NCBI GenBank assembly: GCA_951406725.2
Contig: OX597824.1
Coordinates: 38,254,001-38,318,000 of the forward strand
Length of the DNA: 64,000 nucleotides
Source: Octopus vulgaris
Lineage: Eukaryota
Direction: 5' to 3'
Shown: piece by piece, positions 1 to 12,109 of the stretch
Numbering within the stretch: position 1 is the stretch's first letter
Layout of the letters: each line of letters begins with the position of its first letter
The notes under the pieces: model-generated
The model's input: the letters and a program-made list of their open reading frames with translations, nothing else
Told to the model about the DNA's origin: nothing
The model's database searches: none
Translations under genes and position numbers: made by a program

Positions 1-121
1 GAACTTCTCACTTCAGTGGCTATGGACTTTTTCACTGTCTCCTTATTGCCATCCTTAAATGTTCTTAACACATGCATACATCCATACTTACACACACACA
101 CATTTTGTTCTCAGGAGACCT

Positions 122-390
122 CTGCTGTGCTTGAGGAAACCTATTGAATCAAGTACATCAACATCAAAAAGTGAAACTGCTGTGCTTGAGGAGACTTACT
201 GAGTCAAGTACATCAACATTAAAAAGTGAAACTGCTGTGCTTGAGGAGACCTATTGAGTGAAGTACATCAACATCAAAATGTGAAACTGCTGTGCTTGAG
301 GAGACCTATTGAGTGAAGTACATCACCATCAAAATGTCAAACTTCTGTGCTTGAGGAGACCTATTGAGTGAAGTACATCACCATCAAAAA
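122..390 (+). repeat. 55-bp minisatellite, 5 copies
   Basis: CTGCTGTGCTTGAGGAGACCTATTGAGTGAAGTACATCAACATCAAAA-type unit starts at 122, 177, 232, 287 and 342. Confidence 0.95.
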
Positions 391-399
391 ATCAAATGG

Positions 400-683
400 A
401 AATTGTCATTGTGATACCTGTGCCAGTGGCACGTAAAAAGCACCAACCGATTGTGGCCATTGCCAGCCTCCCCTGGCACCTGTGCCAGTGGCATAAAAAA
501 GCACCCACTACATTCATGGAGTGGTTGGCGTTAGGAAGGGCATCCATCTGTAGAAACACTGCCAGATCAGACTGGAGCCTGGTGCAGCCACCTGGCTTCC
601 CAGACCCCGGTCGAACCGTCGAACCCATGCTAGCATGAAAAGCGGATGTTAAACGATGATGGTGGTGATGATGATGATGATGA
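400..683 (+). mobile_element. SINE-like interspersed repeat with (GAT)n tail
   Basis: GTGCC(A/G)GTGGCACGTAAAAAGCACC...TTGGCGTTAGGAAGGGCATCCA...AAACGATGATG; homologous copies at about 53650, 55030 and 56407. Confidence 0.8.
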
Positions 684-1137
684 CAGCCTGTCTATTATTC
701 TGTATACATGACACACACAGACACACGTTAACATATCAATAAATGTTCTCTTAATCTTTCTTACATGGTTATGTCTCTTTTTCCCTCTGGCACTGATCTG
801 AACCATTCAATTCCTCTTTATTGTAATGGCCGCGAGATCGGGTACTAAAGAGCCATTCTTACACCTCACATTGCACAGTCCTTACATGCGTATATTTGTA
901 TGTACATGGGTATATCCAAGTATATCTGTGCATACATGTGTGTACATGACTGTACAGACATGTGTGTGCATATGTATGCATGTGTGTGTACATGTATGTG
1001 TGCATGCATGTGTATGTGTGTGTGTTTTATGTATATGAATGGATGTGTGTACATATAAATATATATATATATATGTATATGCACATGTATGTATGTGTAT
1101 GTGTGTATTTATATATACTAATGCATATATTATTTTA

Positions 1138-1769
1138 CAATTTATTGTTAGCAGTAGCGGATTCTAGTTATTGCTCTGGTGCACAGGTGCTCACGACCGA
1201 AGATGAGCCAAATTACTTGAAACTGAGCCACACTCACGATCATGTTAGCTGCTAGAGGGAAGTAGGGGTTCGCTCTCCCAGCTAACAATATATTGCATAT
1301 GAAGGATGCAAAGTGTTGTACCAAAAACCAGCTGGTGGAGAATCCACCAAGGGTTAAACTAGTAGTAACATTCAACAGTCACTTTGATGTAGCGACTGGC
1401 TTTACTGTTTAGTATATGTTACTACTCTATCTCTTCTTGAGATTTTATAAGTAGCTACTTGGCTTGTTGCAAATCAGTGACCGATGGTCACTTTGCTTAC
1501 AATATATTGCTAGCAGTAGCAGATTCTGGCTATCACCCTGGGGCACAGGTGTTCACGAATGAAGATGAGCCAAATAGCTCGAAACTAAGACACTCTTGCG
1601 ATTCTGTTAGCTGCTAAGGGGTAGTAGGGATTCACTTCCCCTGCTAACAATATATCATATAAAAAGGGTGCAGAATGTTGCACTGATAACCAGGTGGCAG
1701 AGAATTTACCTGGGGTTAAACTAGTAGTAACAAGCAACAGCCACTTTGATGTGGCAACTAGCTTTACTT

Positions 1770-1770
<1 letters not shown>
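1138..1770 (+). mobile_element. 1.7-copy direct tandem (period about 362 bp) with a degenerate hammerhead in each copy; Penelope-pLTR/retrozyme-like
   Basis: TAGCAGTAGC...GCTTTACT is repeated; CACGA-(C/A)(C/T)GAAGA-T-GAGC-loop-GCTC-GAAA-CT at 1192 and 1554. Confidence 0.6.
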
Positions 1771-1789
<19 letters not shown>

Positions 1790-1815
<26 letters not shown>

Positions 1816-2092
1816 ATATAAATAAATAATAATAATAAATAAATGTGCACTTTTAAAGCCTAGCCAGGCTCATGGGCCTGGTTTCCCAGTTTCCATGGCT
1901 TATGTGTTCCCCAGCTGGATGGGTTGCCAGTCCATTGCAGCATTACTCATTTTTGCCAGCTGAGTGGACTGGAGCAATGTGAAATGAAGTGCTTTGCTCA
2001 AGAACACAATGCGTCGTCCGGTCCAGAGATTGAAACCTCAATCTTACGATCATGGTGCTGACACCCTAACCACTAAGCCCTGTGCCTCCACA
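1790..2092 (-). mobile_element. tRNA-derived SINE
   Basis: Minus strand starts GTGGAGGCACAGGGCTTAGTGGTTAGGG (A box) and has GGTTTCAATCTC (B box); related pieces at 18295-18548 and 43870-44125. Confidence 0.7.
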
Positions 2093-2185
2093 CACATACA
2101 CACCCTCACATATATATATAAATTTTTTTACATAATGAGATAAAAACCAAGGCTGTGCAGATTTTAGAACATTTAATGATAGAAG

Positions 2186-2233
2186 GTCTTACAGCTGTAT
2201 CCAGGATATTTATTATATCCCTTCATTGGAGAT
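2186..2233 (-). ncRNA. degenerate minimal hammerhead ribozyme (same family as 31074-31125)
   Basis: Minus strand reads ATCT-CCAATGA-AGGGATAT/ATATCCTG-GATA-CAGCTG-TA-AGAC; the core carries substitutions. Confidence 0.55.
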
Positions 2234-2270
2234 GGTGTGAGAGGATATATATATATATATATATATATAT

Positions 2271-2453
2271 AGTTTCGGATGTTGGGGTGGAAACCCATGC
2301 TGACATCTCTTCAGTTATCCGGCCATCGAAAAAGTGATAGCATTTTTTCAAAGGCTAGATAACTGAAGTGATGGTGGCATGGGTCTCCACCCTGACATCC
2401 GAAACTTGGAGTTTTATCATGGCTACCGAATAATTGTCACGTATTACATTTAC

Positions 2454-2455
<2 letters not shown>
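2271..2455. mobile_element. inverted-repeat element with a hammerhead in each arm, flanked by (TA)n
   Basis: 2271-2319 is the reverse complement of 2358-2407; homologous to 27320-27510. Confidence 0.7.
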
Positions 2456-2499
<44 letters not shown>

Positions 2500-2502
<3 letters not shown>

Positions 2503-2660
2503 GGTTCAAATGTACCAAAAGTGAGACAGAGATAGGTGAGAGAACAACAAAGTGTACTAGTTTGACACTCAGGAAAAATGGACAAATCTTTGATGTTTCC
2601 AGTCTACCTTCTTCGATAGGAAGGAATGAGGAAAGAAAATGGAGAGAAGAAAAAAAAATA
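2500..2660 (-). mobile_element. diverged member of the 18-20 kb hammerhead repeat family
   Basis: Minus strand CTATCGA-A-...-GAAACATC-AAAGA, with the same flank layout as the 18-20 kb copies. Confidence 0.45.
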
Positions 2661-2696
2661 CATGTCTGGATTAACGGTTTCACATGTAGGTATAGA

Positions 2697-2855
2697 TATG
2701 GTTGTGTGGTTAGAAGTTTGCTTCCCAACCACATGGTTTTGGGGTTTGTCCCACTGTGTGATACCTTAAACAAGTGACTGCTGCTATAGCCCTGGGCCAA
2801 CCAAAGTCTTGTGAGTGGATTTGGTAGACAGAATCTGAAATAAGCCTATCATGTG
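2697..2855 (+). mobile_element. tRNA-derived CORE-type SINE (5' half)
   Basis: TGGTTGTGTGGTTAGAAG...CCCACTGTGTGATACCTTAAACAAGT; many homologues in the window. Confidence 0.7.
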
Positions 2856-2862
2856 AGTATAA

Positions 2863-2903
<41 letters not shown>

Positions 2904-3236
2904 TACACACATATATATACATACACATACACATGTATATGTATTTTGTGTGTGTGTGTGTGTCTTTGTTTTACTGTTTCCTTGCCTTGACATTGCAGGA
3001 TTGTTGCAAGCAGATGTCACCGTTATGTAAACGTTTCCCTTCGTTCCAGCCTTCTAAAGTATGTCTGTTTATTATGGGGAAATATTATGTTACTTGGAAG
3101 TAGCTAAAGGTTGATAACAGGAAAAGCATCTGGCTGTAGAAAAATCTCCCTCAACAAATTCTGTCCAATCCATGCAAGCATGGAAAAGTGGATGTGAAAT
3201 GATGATGATAATGATATATAACAATTATTAGTGACC

Positions 3237-3718
3237 GAAGCAGTATTAATATGAAAGTGCAATCTTTATATGCAACTTAACGTGGATGTTTTGTTACTGT
3301 AGTATTGTCCATGAGAGGTCTTCTCATATGGATGCATGGTACATGAAAAAAAACTCATATTTATATTGTTGACAAATGAGAATAGTCTTCTATTGGTGCC
3401 AACACTGTCAGATTGCGTGATTTCGATGTACTGCAACTTTTCAGAGACAGCTGTCCATTCGCTGCAAATAAACAAAAATCTCACCGCCGATGACATTGAA
3501 TTCGAGTGACTTTTCATGAACTAATGTCGCAAATAGCTTGCAGGCTTATTAAAAACATAATTGTCATTGATGGAAGCAGTATTAATAACTAATGGTAATC
3601 TTTATATCCAATTTAACGTGGGTGTTTTGTTAGAACACCAGTATTGCGGTTTTCGCCTTGAGGTGACCTCTCATATGGATGCATGATATATAAAAAGTAC
3701 TTATATTCATATTGTCTA
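3237..3718 (-). mobile_element. partial tandem (period about 336 bp) containing a degenerate hammerhead at 3405-3450
   Basis: 3237-3370 is repeated at 3573-3718; minus strand CTGTCT-CTGAAAA-GTTG/CATC-GAAA-TCACGCAA-TC-TGACAG. Confidence 0.5.
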
Positions 3719-6487
3719 GATGGATGGACGGTCGGATAGAGAGATGGACGGTCGAATAGAGAGATGGACGGATGGATGCACAAAAGAATGGACGTATGGA
3801 AGGTTGGATGGATGGAAGAACTGCATCACTGGCGGTCCCGTGCCAGCCCCTCTGCATCCTTCAAGGTGAGGTTGGAAGATGTATGGATGCATGCCTGGAT
3901 GGTTGCATGGATAGATGAATTGATGGATTGATGAATGGATGGATGTGTGGATGGATAGATGCATGGATAAATTGATGGATGCATAGCTGGGTGGATGAAT
4001 GGAAACATGGAAGAATTGATGTGCTATTGGATGGATGCTGGTTTGAATGGATGTTTGTTTGGATGAGTGGCTGGTTACATGGTTGAAGTGTTTCTTAATT
4101 AAATGGCTGCATGGATGGAGGGATGAATGAACGATTGGATGAATTGATGTATATGTGGATCGACTGATATAATCAATAGATTGATGTATGAATGCATCTA
4201 TCGAAGGAATGATGGTTGTTGCAGGTATGATTTAGATGTATGTATGAACGAAAGGATGAGTATGGTTGGATGTCTGGATGCATTCATGGACAGATGGTTG
4301 CATGGATGAGTGCACGGATAGATTTATGGATGAACGGATTGATGGATAGATAAGTGTGTGGATAAGTGCATGGACGGATTTTTCGAAGGATGTGTAGATT
4401 GATGGATGGATAGAAGGGCGTACGAACGAATGTACGCATAGTTAGATGGAGGAATGGATGGTAAGATGGATGCATAGTTGAATGGATACATGGATGCCTG
4501 GATTGATGCATGAATGTGTGGATTGTTAGATGGTTGCATAGATGTATTCTTTTCTACTCTGAAATTTTTGGGGAGGGGGCCAGTCGATTAGATCGACCCC
4601 AGTATGCAACTGGTACTTAATTTATCAACCCCGAAAGGATGAAAGGCAAAGTCGACCTTAGCGGAATTGATTGCATAGATATATTGTTTGGTGGGTGAAT
4701 TGATGGCCAATTAAATGTTTGAATGGATGGATCCAGGCTTACACAGATGGTCAAATGAATGGTTGGAGGGATCAACATATAGATAGATGCATGGTTAGAT
4801 GGTTGGGATTGATTGATGGATGCATTCATAAATTTGTGGAAGCGTGGACGGATGGATTGTTGGGTATTTTCTTGTATGCATGAATAGAAGGGAGGATGAA
4901 TTGCTGAATGCATGAATGATTTCAGAGATGGATGGATGCACAGATGACTATAAGGATACATGGATGGATGGGTAGATGGATTTTTGGATTGAGGGATGTA
5001 TGAATGCATGGGTGGATATATCCTTCGTTTGATGGATAGCAGTTAGCATGTATTGATGAAAGCATGGTTGGAGGGATAAAAAGCATGGTTGTATGAATGA
5101 ATTCATAAATGGATGGATTCATGGATGGTTCAATGGTTGGATGGGTATATGGATAGATGAAGGTATTAAGGAATGGATAGATTGATGTTTAGTTCAATGG
5201 TTGGATGGATGGATGAACGCATGGTTTGCTGTTTGGATGCTGGGGTGCAAAAATACTTGAATGCACAGATGGATGCATGCATGGATGGACGTATGGAAAG
5301 GTGCATGCATGTTTTTGTTGATAAATGCATGGTTGCATGAATGGAGACATGGATGGATTGGTTGATGGATAGCTGCATGGATGCAAGAACTGAAGTTTGG
5401 ATGCATAAGTGGTTGGTGGGATGATTGGATGCAAAGATAGATAGATGCTCGGAAGGATGCAAAGATAGATAGATGGATGCATGGATGTGTCAAGGGATTA
5501 ATAGATAGGTGAATGGGTGAGTGAGTGCATGCATAACGGATAACTGCTTGGAGGGATGGATAGATGAATAGATGCATGGATTAATGAATGCATGTAAGGA
5601 GTGATCGGTCATTGGATTGATGTATGACTGGTCTGATATATGGTTCGATAGAGATGTATGAATGGTCTGATGTATGGTTTGATGAGCAAGCATAGATCGA
5701 TGGTTAGACACATGGATGGATGCACACAGGGATGGCTGTATGGATAAATGGCTGGCGGGCTGGATGAATGCATGGTTCGCCGTATTGATGCTGGGGTGCG
5801 TACACAGAAGCAAGGATGCTTGAATACATGGATGGATGTGTGGATGCATTGTTTGGATGCACCTTTTGATGCATGTATTTTATGCTTGCCTCTTTGAACA
5901 CAGAGAATAATGGTGGTATGGATGGTTGGATGGATGCATGGACGTGTCAATGGGTGGACGGATGGAATGGTTGGATAGTTAGACAGATGGATTCAAGATG
6001 CATGTATATATGAATGGTTAAATGAAAGGATAGTCGGCGTAATGGATGTATCGATCGATGGTATGGCTGCACGAATATATTAGTTGGTGGATGCACTGAT
6101 ACATGGCTCAATGGTGGGATGGATGAACTGGATGGATGAATGCATGGGTGGATGAACTGGATGGATGGATGGATGGATGGATGGACAGGATGGATGAGTA
6201 GACTGATGGATGGATAAATCAAATAGATGGAAAGACGGATGGATGGACTGGATATATGGTTGGATAGACGGATGGATGGCTGAATTCATGGAAGGATAGA
6301 TGAACAGATGGATAGACGGATGAATGGATAAATAGATGGATGAATTCATGGAAGGATGGAGGAATGGAAGGATGGAGGGATGGAAGGATGGAGTAAATAA
6401 ATGAATGGACCAATTGATGGCTGGATACACTGACGGATAGACCAGATTGATGATCCGGATGGATGAATGGTATGATGAATGGATGGT
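3718..6487. repeat. about 2.8 kb degenerate (GGAT)n simple-repeat field with an embedded SINE fragment (4560-4670)
   Basis: Continuous TGGA/ATGC/ATGA variants; these generate the HPSI-rich pseudo-ORFs. Confidence 0.9.
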
Positions 6488-6933
6488 TCCCAGACGTGTG
6501 AATATCTTTTTCACTTTCAGTAAACCCACTTTTCCCAAAACTTATTCCTTTTCCGTTATCTCATTTTTCTAAAAGTTACGTCTTTCATCGTGTCCTTTGG
6601 CCTAACAGTCCCACTCTGTGTAGAGCATGCTAAGTGTGCCGGAGTGTAACCTGAATGTGATTTTTCCCTCATACTTTTAGTTATATCTTTAGTTCAGGTG
6701 TACCACCGAATTTTGAAAAGAGTATAAGTGTACCGAAGGTGAAAAAAAGGTAGCGGAGCACTGGTGTAGACTGAAAGCAAAATGTATACGTCAAAGAAAG
6801 TAGAAAATATATACGTCAAGCAAAGTATATATACCCACATACACATACATATATGAGTATGCATGTAGAAATTCATGTTCAAATTCACCCCATGGCACTG
6901 CATAATACATACGAAGGGTATATATTGCATTAT

Positions 6934-7215
6934 CACCGTGACCGACCAGACCATCAGATGTTGCTGCACATCGCTGGTCACAATGCGCTTCGCATTGTTT
7001 TAGTCTTCAAATGACGCCACCCCGCTGGCTAAGCGAGCAGGCCAACAGAAGAAAGAGTGAGAGAAAGTTGTGGCGAAAGAGTACAGCAGGGATCGTCACC
7101 ACCCCTGCCTCGTGGAGCTTTTAGGTGTTTTCGCTCAATAAACACTCACAACGCCCGGTCTGGGAATCGAAACCGCGAGTCCGCTGCCCTAACCACTGGG
7201 TCATTGCGCCTCCAC
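6934..7215 (-). mobile_element. tRNA-derived SINE with RTE-like 3' tail and 12-bp target-site duplication
   Basis: ATATTGCATTAT at 6922-6933 and 7216-7227; A/B-box head; partial copies at 18893-19058 and 51926-52120. Confidence 0.85.
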
Positions 7216-9149
7216 ATATTGCATTATATTTTTATATATTAATTTCATGTATTTTATGGTATTTACCTCCGTCGTTCAATTAAACCTCTAATATAGGTAT
7301 CCGTTAAAAATAATTCGGCAGAATAAAAACCAGAATTTTAAGTTCAATAAAAAGGGCAGAATGTATCAGTAAATGTTTTCTTTAGTGTATCCTCAGGACT
7401 GCGGGGAGAATTCTTGCAGTCATACACCTTCCGTCCCCAACCCTTTTTTTTACTCCATATGCATTGTCCTCTCTGTCTCACATTCACGTTCCTTCTTTCG
7501 TACACGATTAGTTCGATTGAGGTTTATGTTGTTCATTTTATTAAATCTGCTACTCGTCATTCACCTTGTCCCTTTTGTGTTTGTTTGTTTCTCACGTCCT
7601 CCGTAGCAAGTTTTCTTCTCTTCATGATTTGGAAGATATTCCTATGCACTACGTCCAATGAATCAATCTCGCCTTAACTACCCTTCTTATAGAAGAAATA
7701 TAGCCAAGGAATGCAGCATTCAATTCTTACTTTGTTAATCATCATCCACGGCACAGCGAGATTTCTCGTTACACACACTTGTAACGATGTTGTAGTTACT
7801 TCATGAAAGGAAACAGCTGTTACATATGAATCCTGCTAGTCGAGTAAAGAGACGATACTTCTGATATCATTTATTATTTATTCTCACTTTTGTTTCACTA
7901 ATATTGTTTGAACGATTCCCAAACTAGTGATATGTTAATTTGTTGCTATTAAGAAAGTTTTCGTCATCAAGGGAAGGAACTCTTTCTTTCCTTCTAGCTA
8001 AGAAAGGTAACTCCACTCTCCTGTAAACAGCTAGTTCGATAGAAAAAATTCACTCGAGAAAGGAAACATTTGAGTTCCTTTTATGTTCTCTGTCATTCAG
8101 CTTTTCTTTAGTGCTTAAATAATGAATCTACTCAATTTTCACGTTGAATTCTCACACCATCACTTCATACACTTTGTGTTTCTGTGTTTTTCTCGTTTTA
8201 ATGTAAAACCATTGTTTGGGTAGCTATGTATCGCCTCTATAGCAGGGCACTTGCGCAAGTTGTGTCTTTTTAAATATATATGCATGCACGTATGTATGTC
8301 TATGTAATAGAGGGTCAGGTTCAACTTCAGCCCTGGCACAGCAAAGGCGTTCATTGGTTTGATAGAATAAACAATAGTCGTACATTATGTTTTTATATAT
8401 TAATTTCATGTACGTCTTGGTATTTAACCTTAAGATAGATATTCGTAGGTAAACCCTAATCCGTTATGAAGGCGAAAAAGTACTACTACGTATTGCATCA
8501 CTTGGTCAATGTTGCCTTAAACAGCCACTCCTATATGGGAAATGTTACCAAGTATATCAACATCGGATTAATTTCTTTGATGTTCGCCGTCGTCTATAAA
8601 AGGGTGAGATGTTTTGTTTGAGACAATGCGACTCTCTCTTGTTCGTCATTCAGTTGCATTGTCTGTCTCCAGCAAATTTTGTTTCCTTATTTTAAAAGAA
8701 ACACGTAGTATTTTTTATTTTTATCTGTGTAATAAAAAAAAAAAAGAAACCCCCCCCGCTTCGCGGTTCAAGGGAAGCAACTCTTATTATTCTTTACGGT
8801 CTTTGTGGCTAGGGGAAGTAACTCCAGTCTGACTAACGAAGCATTCAACTTTCATTTAAAACTGTTAGCTTTCGTGTTAAATTGGAGTAAAATGACGCCG
8901 GTTATACCATAGAATCGGCATTTTTAAAAATACCTTCTTTTAATGTAACAACATAAATCGATGTTTTGTGGCGTAACTTCATGTCTTGTTATGTCAGTTA
9001 TTACAACCTAGATCTACTTTTTCCAACTGTCTCCAGGTCTGTGGGACTCTTCCTCACTCTAAGTCAACACTACTTTTCGTAGACTGACCCCTCTCCAATT
9101 AAGTCATATTTATAAACCCTACCTCTCCCAGTTTCCCTTACTCTAACAG

Positions 9150-9270
9150 GTGTTAAGTGTTAGGGGTAATGTTAAGGATAGAGTTAAGGGTTAGGGTTAG
9201 GGCTTAGGATACGGTCAGAGTTTGAGTTAGTTTTAGTGTTTAGGGCTAGTGTTAGTATTAGGGTTAGGAA
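9150..9270 (+). repeat. degenerate (TTAGGG)n-like tract
   Basis: GGGTTAGGGTTAGGGCTTAGG plus variant hexamers. Confidence 0.75.
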
Positions 9271-11160
9271 TATTCCCTTTGAAATATTTATAGCATTAAA
9301 GACGATCGTTCCGATTTCAGTGTTAAGTGTAAGAATTGTTGCTCAGGTCTTTGTGAGCCTCTCAATGGCAGCAGTTAAGGTAGCAGGCACTTTTGCCGAA
9401 TGGAAATACTTCATGAGCCACGAGTGTGGAATAGAGTCAAATACCTTCTTATAATCAGGTCATACTGTTGTTAGGCTCGTTTCAGACAGTACAGCTTTGT
9501 TTATTAAAATTTGTTCAGCACACCCCCTTACTCTCTTCTTTCCAACGGCATGCTCATCAGTCGCTATGTTGTTGGACTCACAATGATCCCGTAGGAGTTG
9601 GTTGAGGCAGCTTGTGTACAGTTTGTACATTATGTTTAGGCAAGCACTGAGCCTATAGTTTTCAGCCAACTCCGTGGATTCACTTTTGGCTATAAGTTTT
9701 GTCCGTGCAATAGCAAGCCAATTTGGTATATCAATCTGACCTTCCATAGTATTGCTGAATAGATATACTAATGGTTTCTTGTAAAATGTCATCCTCTTAT
9801 ACCAGTATCCAACTATTAGGACCTTTCCAGTGCCTTCTCATTATGAAGTTTGCCTACAGCTAAGGGGAAAGTTTCAGGGTCAATTGCATATGTTTTACTG
9901 TTGATGTTGGTAAAGCATTCTCTCTTTACTGCATTTAGCCAATTCCAAATTTTCAACCAGAATGATTCAAGATCTTGAAAAGGGATTTTCCTAACGGTAA
10001 TATTTTCCTTTCTCATCCTTCCATACAATGTCTCTGTGTTAGAAGCAAACTTGTTTTAGAAGCAAAATTCGCCTGTGACAGCGGCCCCAGTTCGTGTTTT
10101 AGAGTAATTAAACTTCTCTCAAGAACTAGCTCTGAAGAGTTACAATAGAGTTTCGTTGATTTGTTTATAAGATGTAATTGATGAGGTGTAAACTCATTAT
10201 TCCTCTTACATTTTATCATCGTGATTAACCATCCAATATGGAGGGTAGACTGTTGATTTTCTCCTCAAGTTTTATTTTTGAAATTTCATTACCATGTATA
10301 CTGCAGATTTCTCCCAAGTGTTCTTCAAGAGTGATAACAACTGTTTATTTGAAGGGTATTAATATTCCAGCAATCAACATCATATGATTCCATGCTTTCC
10401 AGCAACATCGTCGATAGCCTTTAATAATAGAGCTGCTGGATTTTTTTCTTAATCGTGTCGCTTAACGATAGTTTCAAAAATGTAGAAAAGTTCTGTGAAC
10501 TGTGGTTTCAGGATACTTTCAAGTTGACTATATTCCACAGCTGTCTCTCTTGATTCAGTTACATTTAGGGAGACACAAGAATTTGGTGATGGCGGCGGTT
10601 TGCTTACATTATTATTTTTTTATCTCTCTTTTGCCAGGAGTTGGCCATTTCTCAGTATTTTGAGAAGATCGATATACATCACGAGAGCTAGCAATTTTTG
10701 TTTTAAAGAAAGATATCTGTTGCCAAAGTTGTTTCGTAATAAAGGTCTTTAAATTTGGGTGATTCATCCCAGCAAGTTTTTTCAACCGCTTCATATATCC
10801 GAAAGCAAGGTCTTCGGGGGTGGGGTTTTCATAGCATCGAAGTAGTTCTTGGTTTAGATGTAGTGTCCAAGTAAAATAAGAGGCGGACGCGCGTCTTCTC
10901 AGATAGCTTACTGGTGATACAGCCTTGTTTCTGTCGGTGGTGTCGATATTAATTTCAACCTAGATTGTGTTTAGCCAAATCCCAAGTGATATATTTTAAA
11001 AATCCGGTTTGAATAATGCTACGCAAAAAGCGTTTCTCTTATTTCTAATGGGAGACGTAAACCAGTTATTGATTTAGGCTGGAGAAGTCGGCGTAGATGT
11101 AGAAGAGAAGGATCAAGAATATATTTTACAAGGTACTCTGCGCCTGCACGTCTGATGTTG
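9270..11160 (-). mobile_element. R4/Dong-clade non-LTR retrotransposon, 5' part and RT N-terminus (pseudogenised)
   Basis: ORF 9460-9792 NYRLSACLNIMYKLYTS...GCAEQILIN; the FDSIPHSW motif is at about 9420-9450; frameshifted. Confidence 0.8.
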
Positions 11161-11251
11161 TCAGTGTTAACATACATACATGTGTGTATGTATGTATGTA
11201 TGTATGTATGTATGTATGTATGTATGTATGTATGTATGTATGTATGTATGT

Positions 11252-11872
11252 AGGCGTAGGAGTGGCTGTGTGGTAAGTAGCTTGCTTACCAACCACATGG
11301 TTCCGGGTTCGGTCCACTGCGTGGAACCTTGGGCAAGTGTCTTCTACTATATCCTCCGGCCGACCGAAGCCTTGTGAGTGGATTTGCTAGACGGAAACTG
11401 AAAGAACCCGGTCGTGTATATATATATGTATATATATATATATACCAATTAAGGACAGAACACGAAAAGGGGACAGTCAACATGCTAGATATAGACGTCA
11501 AATCGCCATTCTCCACAAAAGATTATGTTCTCAAATCAAACTTAGCACTTTTCGTGTTCAGTCCTTAATTGGTATATATAAATATTTTAATCTTCGGATT
11601 CTTTTTTAATATGCTAGACCACTGGTTTTAATTGATAAATATCAATTTCTACCCTTAATTAATTTTATATATATATTATATATATATATGTGTATGTGTG
11701 TGTGTTTGTCCCACTGATATCGCTTGGTAACCGATGCTGGTGTCTTTATGTCATCGTAACTTAGCGGTTCGGCGAAAGACACCGATAGAATAAGTACTAG
11801 GCTTACAAAGAGTAAGCCCTGAGGTCGATTTATTCGACTAAAGGTAGTGTTCCAGCATGGCCGAAACAAATT
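11252..11872 (+). mobile_element. CORE-type tRNA SINE split at its internal microsatellite by nested sequence
   Basis: Head 11252-11415 (GGCTGTGTGGTAAG...CCTTGGGCAAGT), tail about 11695-11872. Confidence 0.8.
11441..11578. mobile_element. small foldback element in (TA)n
   Basis: TATACCAATTAAGGACAGAACACGAAAAG and CTTTTCGTGTTCAGTCCTTAATTGGTATA form about 29-bp inverted ends. Confidence 0.7.
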
Positions 11873-11906
11873 AAAAAATATATGTGTGTGTATGTTTTTA
11901 TATATA

Positions 11907-11963
<57 letters not shown>

Positions 11964-12109
11964 TTATGTTGGTATGTATATACATATCTATTTATATGTG
12001 TGCGTATATGGGCATGGATATATACACACAATCATTTTATCACAACTTATCTTCCTCTTTTCCTCCTTTTATTTGGTTTAATTTTCCATCTGGATACTTT
12101 TATAGACGC

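Noticed and set aside
122-390. CRISPR-like array
   Set aside because: The units are contiguous near-identical 55-mers with no unique spacers, the context is eukaryotic, and there are no cas genes.
7150-7215. tRNA genes at SINE heads (also 11252, 26620, 52060)
   Set aside because: A and B boxes are present, but they continue into multicopy SINE bodies without a complete cloverleaf.
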